DNA of 64,000 nt from Lama glama (taxonomy: Eukaryota): assembly GCA_028534125.1 (NCBI GenBank), contig CM052849.1:19778001-19842000 (forward strand), read 5' to 3'. The notes under the pieces were generated by a model. That model was not told where the DNA came from, ran no database searches, and saw only the letters and a list, made by a program, of their open reading frames with translations. The translations under genes and the position numbers were made by a program. Positions 59,690 to 64,000 of this stretch are shown piece by piece; position 1 is the first letter of the stretch; each line of letters starts with the position of its first letter.

Positions 59690-59855
59690 TGTTCTGGGCA
59701 CTCACCACCCTACACTCTAGAGCTCCCTGATCCTTCCTCGTCTGTCTCCACGACTAGACCGTCAGCTTCAAGCCTGTGCCTCTGGCTCCCCGGGACGCCC
59801 TCAGGGCTCTGCACAGAACCCGCCCACCGCGGGTGCTCGACGGGTGCTTGCTGAA
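59690..59855 (+). mobile_element. L2 3' end remnant
   Basis: tctgtctccacgactagaccgtcagctt...ggtgctcgacgggtgcttgctgaa. Confidence 0.55.
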
Positions 59856-62800
59856 GCCGTGGCGAGGAGAGCCCGGGTCTGCAGGTGTCACGCTCCTCAC
59901 AGCAGGGGCTGCTCCATCTGCGTCGGGCCTGGCCGGCCTCCGTTCCTTGCTGGATGGCAGGTGGGATGTCCCTGCTACCGTGCCAGCTCCACGAGGGCAC
60001 AAGTCTGGTCTGCTGCACTCCAGCACCTGGACCGGAGGTGGGTACCCAGTCGGGCTGAGTGACGTCTGGTTTCAAGTGGTGTGCACACAGGCATGGAGGC
60101 CGGTGCTAGCCGGACCCTTGGCTTGGCTGGGGGGCTCGCGACACACCCCCACCCCTGCACCAGCCACTCCTTTTCTCCACGTCCTCCACGGGCATGAAGA
60201 CTTTCAGCTCCTTAGTCCAGAATGAAGTACTATTCATGTCTGAGATCACAGAATCCTAAAAATAGACCTAATCAATCCCAAACTTGTAATTAATTTCTTG
60301 GATTCATTAAAAACAAAAAATCAGCAGGATTCTTCTGAAAGGCTGACCGAGCCTGGCTGGGATCGCTGCTCCCTCCGAGGAAGGCACAGCAGTGACACCG
60401 GGCGCCCCTGCATGCAGGTGGGGACACAGAGAGGAGGTCAGACCCGCCTCCCGCCTGGGCCCCCCGTGGAGATGCAGCGCCCGCCCAGGAGCAGGATGGT
60501 GACCTCAGATGCCGCACGGCCAAGGGCTCTGGCTACCCCGTGCTCAGCCCTGAAGACCAGACCCTTGCTCCAGGTGTGAGTGACTGGCCTTGGAGGGCAG
60601 GCAGCGCCCTCAGGTGGGGAACAGCCGCCAGCCACCCAGCCTTGGGCAAGGAGGGCTTGGAAGTGCGGACAGCAGCTGAGGTGTCAGGAGCCCACACGGA
60701 GACGGGGCGTCTGAGGCCCGTCTGAACAGGGGCTCCCGGCTGCAGCTGTTGACCTGATCTGCTGCTGGGGGTTCGGGGGTGGAGGCGAGTGGAGCACAGG
60801 GTGGGCAGAGGGCAGACCGTGCGCTCCCAGCAGGCCCTGCGGGACCCAGACGAAACCAGGGAGAGGCCAGGGCTCACGTGGAGGTGGCGGACCACTGCGT
60901 GCTTCAGCTGCTGCGTTAACTCCGTCTCCTGGGTACCGCTGCCGGTGGGGCCCAGGGCCCGAGCTCCCTGAGGGCCGCCTTCCAGGGAGCATTTCCTTCA
61001 CCGCCGCTTCCCCAGCAGCCGGCTCTGACGTGAGAGACGAGGGGAGGGTCCTGGGGGCAGGAGCAGCAGAGCCGATGCCCAACCATCGTGTCCACCACAC
61101 GTCCGTGGAGTCGGTGGGGGATGCCCGTCCTGGGGGACCAGGTGACCCAGGCTGTGTGTTCTGTCCACGAGGGCATCTGCGTCTCAGTATTGGCCCACTG
61201 TGGGCAAAACCGCCAGTTTTCCCTGAGAAGCAGCGAATCTTCATTTCGATGGAAAATCCCTCAACTGTCAGACACTGGAGGGTATTCTGAAGGCTTACGA
61301 ACAGCCTGGCCAGACAAGGCTCAGGCAGAGATGGCCCTGGCCTGGGGGTCACCACTTTGTGATCCCACCTCACATGGAATGTGCTAGCAGTCCCAGCACT
61401 GCGTGGCCCTGAGGGTGGCCTCTGGCTGTCCCCACCCAAGACCCAGACACACAGGGTGGCTCTGGGGTCTCTAATTTGCAGCCCTTCTGCATGGAGACAG
61501 AAAGGCATGGAGAGCATGCGTCCCAGGGGCGAGAACTTCCGCTCTAGAGCAGTCAGCGCTGGAACTGAGAATTCCACCCCAGGGGCGGGCCACGCAGATA
61601 CCAGGAAGGCTGGGCTCCAGAGGCAGCTGCTCCAAAGACATCCACTACCTGTCTCTCCATCCACGCCCCATGCACGCCTGTTGAGTATGGTCGATATCAG
61701 GGAAAAAAACTGGTAAATGATGAGCTTTTTCCAAGGTGTAACAGATGGAAGAAACGGGCATCCACTGGTGAAATTAAAGGAATTCAAAATATGGGAGATC
61801 CCAGCACGGTCCCCCCCCAGAATGAAGAGTGCGTAACTAGCGTATCTGGGGATGGCACCCAAGGCTGGGCTCAAAACGGTCCCGTGACCAGACGCTGATT
61901 CAAAGGATGTCTGATTGCCTGAGGCCACCAGAACAGGGCCTCGTGTCAGCTTCATGGGAGCTGGTGGTGGAAGCTTCTGAGAAGGCAGAGGGGAGGGACA
62001 TCACTGAGCAGCAGAACACGCGCACGTGCACCCCTCCGTGCGTCTGAACACGTGTGACAGTGTGGTCTGAGACTCGCTGTCACTAGGACCTGGGGGCGAA
62101 GCTGCAGGGCTAAGCCCCTCCCATCTCGCGTGTCTACCCCAGAAACTCTGAGAGTCATGCAGGCTCACGCCTCGCTGCTCACGTCTCTCTCCTCGATTCC
62201 TGTTTTGTTTCTCTTCTGGGTCTCCCAGGACATGGCTTCAAGGCAGCAGGACGCCAGCTCCCCAAAGCCCGGCAGCTCCCAGACGCCTGCTCTCACTCGT
62301 TCCAGGGGAAAAGGTCCGAGAAGCCAGCAGATGCGATGCCAGCAGCCCATTAAACCCAAAAAGCTCCCCACAGGTCAGGGCTTCCTCTGGAAGCTTCGCC
62401 AGGCTCCCCTGCTGCTTCCCTCTCCTGGGAAAGAGGCAGGTCCTCCCTCCAGAGCCTCCGTGGACAGGCTCCCCTGGCCTGGCTGCAGCGGGCGCGGCTC
62501 GCTGGGGCTTGGTGCCCCCACGGCCCCTGAGCCACCAGCAGAAAGCACTCCTGCAAATGCTGGGAAGGAAAACAGCGCCTGGCCGCCTGCCCTGGGGGCT
62601 CACCTGGACGTCAGCGTTTACCTGAGGCCCCGGGCGCGCACCTGCACGGCAGCGTTTACTTTAGCACTCAGAGCACCACGCCCGCTGGGGTTCACCTGGC
62701 CACTGGCCTGTCCCCATCGCTGTGTCCCCAGCCCCGCTCCTCCCAACCCAGAGATCTGCCACCTGCAGCCTCAGGAGCGGAGGGCTGCTGCATCCTGGCC

Positions 62801-63349
62801 GCAGTGGGAACAGATGGCACAGTCATCAGGCAAGTAAACTATAATTGGAATAAACAGCGGAGACTTGCAAATTTGGATGCGAGTATTTATGAAGAGGAAG
62901 GCGAGCACAGCCAGACGCGCCTGCCAGCACTCTCTCAGGTTCCTTCGCTCCATATTTTCTCATCTGACTTCCGGGCGTCATAAAGAGATGAATGAGGGCG
63001 CTGTCCCCGTCTTCCATGTCCAAACCGGGACCGTTTGGAGAGTAAGGGGGTGCTGTCAACACTCAGGCTGGAACGGCAAACCAGGGGCAGACTGGGTCGC
63101 CCTGCGGAGCCACGTGGGAGCAAGCCGTTCTGCGCGGTGTCTCTGTGCAAGCGAGCTCCGTGATGCCAGCTACCACTCACTGAATACCTGCTGTGCGCCG
63201 GCCCCACCGGAGGGCTTCCCACACGACTGCTGATGCTCAGAGGGACTCCACGGGGTGACCCTTGTATGCGTGAGGAAGGGAAGGCCAGATGGACTGAACG
63301 CCAAGATCACACACCCAGGAAGTGGCAGGGCGGACCCGGGCCTCTGCGA

Positions 63350-63465
63350 CTCCAGGTTCTGGTCAGGGTCCTGGTCCCATGCCCACCGCTCACTCACTCG
63401 GGGGACCCGGAGGCAAGGCACGTCAGCTCAGTGGGCCTCAGTCTCTTCATCTGTGAAGTGGGGGA
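63350..63465 (+). mobile_element. MIR SINE remnant
   Basis: gggcctcagtctcttcatctgtgaagtgggg core. Confidence 0.6.
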
Positions 63466-64000
63466 GAAGCCTGCCCTCCAGAACGACGGCCAGTTGTAAG
63501 CCCAGGCTCTGGAGGCATGGGAGGGGCTCTGTAAACAGACGCTAAGGCCCTCGGGCCTCCGTGGGCAGAGGCCTGGCCCAGTGCTGCAAGGGGCCATGGA
63601 CTGGCAACCCAGCCCCCAGCGGGGTGCAGAGGACCGCAGGCTGGCAGTGCGCCTGGGCCTGGGGCAGTGCGCTGGGACTCCCTGCCTCTTCCCAGCAGCG
63701 GGAGCGCTGAGGGCTGCTCAGCACTCGTCCCCAGTGAGCCCCAGCAAGAAACGCCTTCCGCCGGCCTTTGACACTCACCCCGCACCAGCTCACGCCCACA
63801 ACTGTAACAGACACAGGAAAACCCATGAATTCACCCAAGCAGGCTCTGAGTTGCAGGATCTTGACAAGGAACTGCTCTGAACTCTAGAACAACGCAATCT
63901 TGATACAAAGTAAGGACCAAGGGCAGACCCCGGCGAAGGTGGCTCCTTAATTCACGTTTTGCTTCCTGTAATGTGCACACAGATTCAGCACCGTGAAAAC

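Noticed and set aside
60684-61955. 423-aa minus-strand ORF
   Set aside because: No similarity to RIMBP2 N-terminal exons or any family I recognise; no convincing splice signals
58820-64000. Further upstream RIMBP2 coding exons
   Set aside because: No match to the expected N-terminal peptides found; treated as intron

Overview
Mammalian (eukaryotic) genomic DNA, GC-rich and repeat-laden, with four short N gaps. Two intron-containing genes face each other tail-to-tail. On the + strand are the last 11 exons of PIWIL1 (106-11105, MID and PIWI domains, D-E-D-H slicer tetrad intact, 3' UTR to about 11820). On the - strand is most of RIMBP2 (RIMS-binding protein 2; SH3-1, three FN3, SH3-2, SH3-3): 15 constitutive coding exons from 58819 down to 23309, a terminal exon apparently hidden in the gap at 22783-22935, and a 3' UTR to about 20055. 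All exon junctions were checked by eye for GT/AG and phase continuity. The 5' ends of both genes lie outside the window. The rest is L1, L2, MIR, MaLR/ERV LTR and hAT remnants, many shifted towards GC. No rRNA, tRNA or CRISPR was seen, and most long ORFs in the track are GC-rich shadow frames. I see no evidence for a wholly new biological system. The best leads are (i) a 624-nt in-frame RIMBP2 cassette exon packed with PP2A-B56, CaMKII-type and beta-TrCP-type motifs, (ii) a candidate RIMBP2 alternative last exon ending KKCCTF, and (iii) local AT-to-GC remodelling of exons and repeats. Comparisons to human proteins and repeat consensus sequences are from memory and need alignment to confirm.
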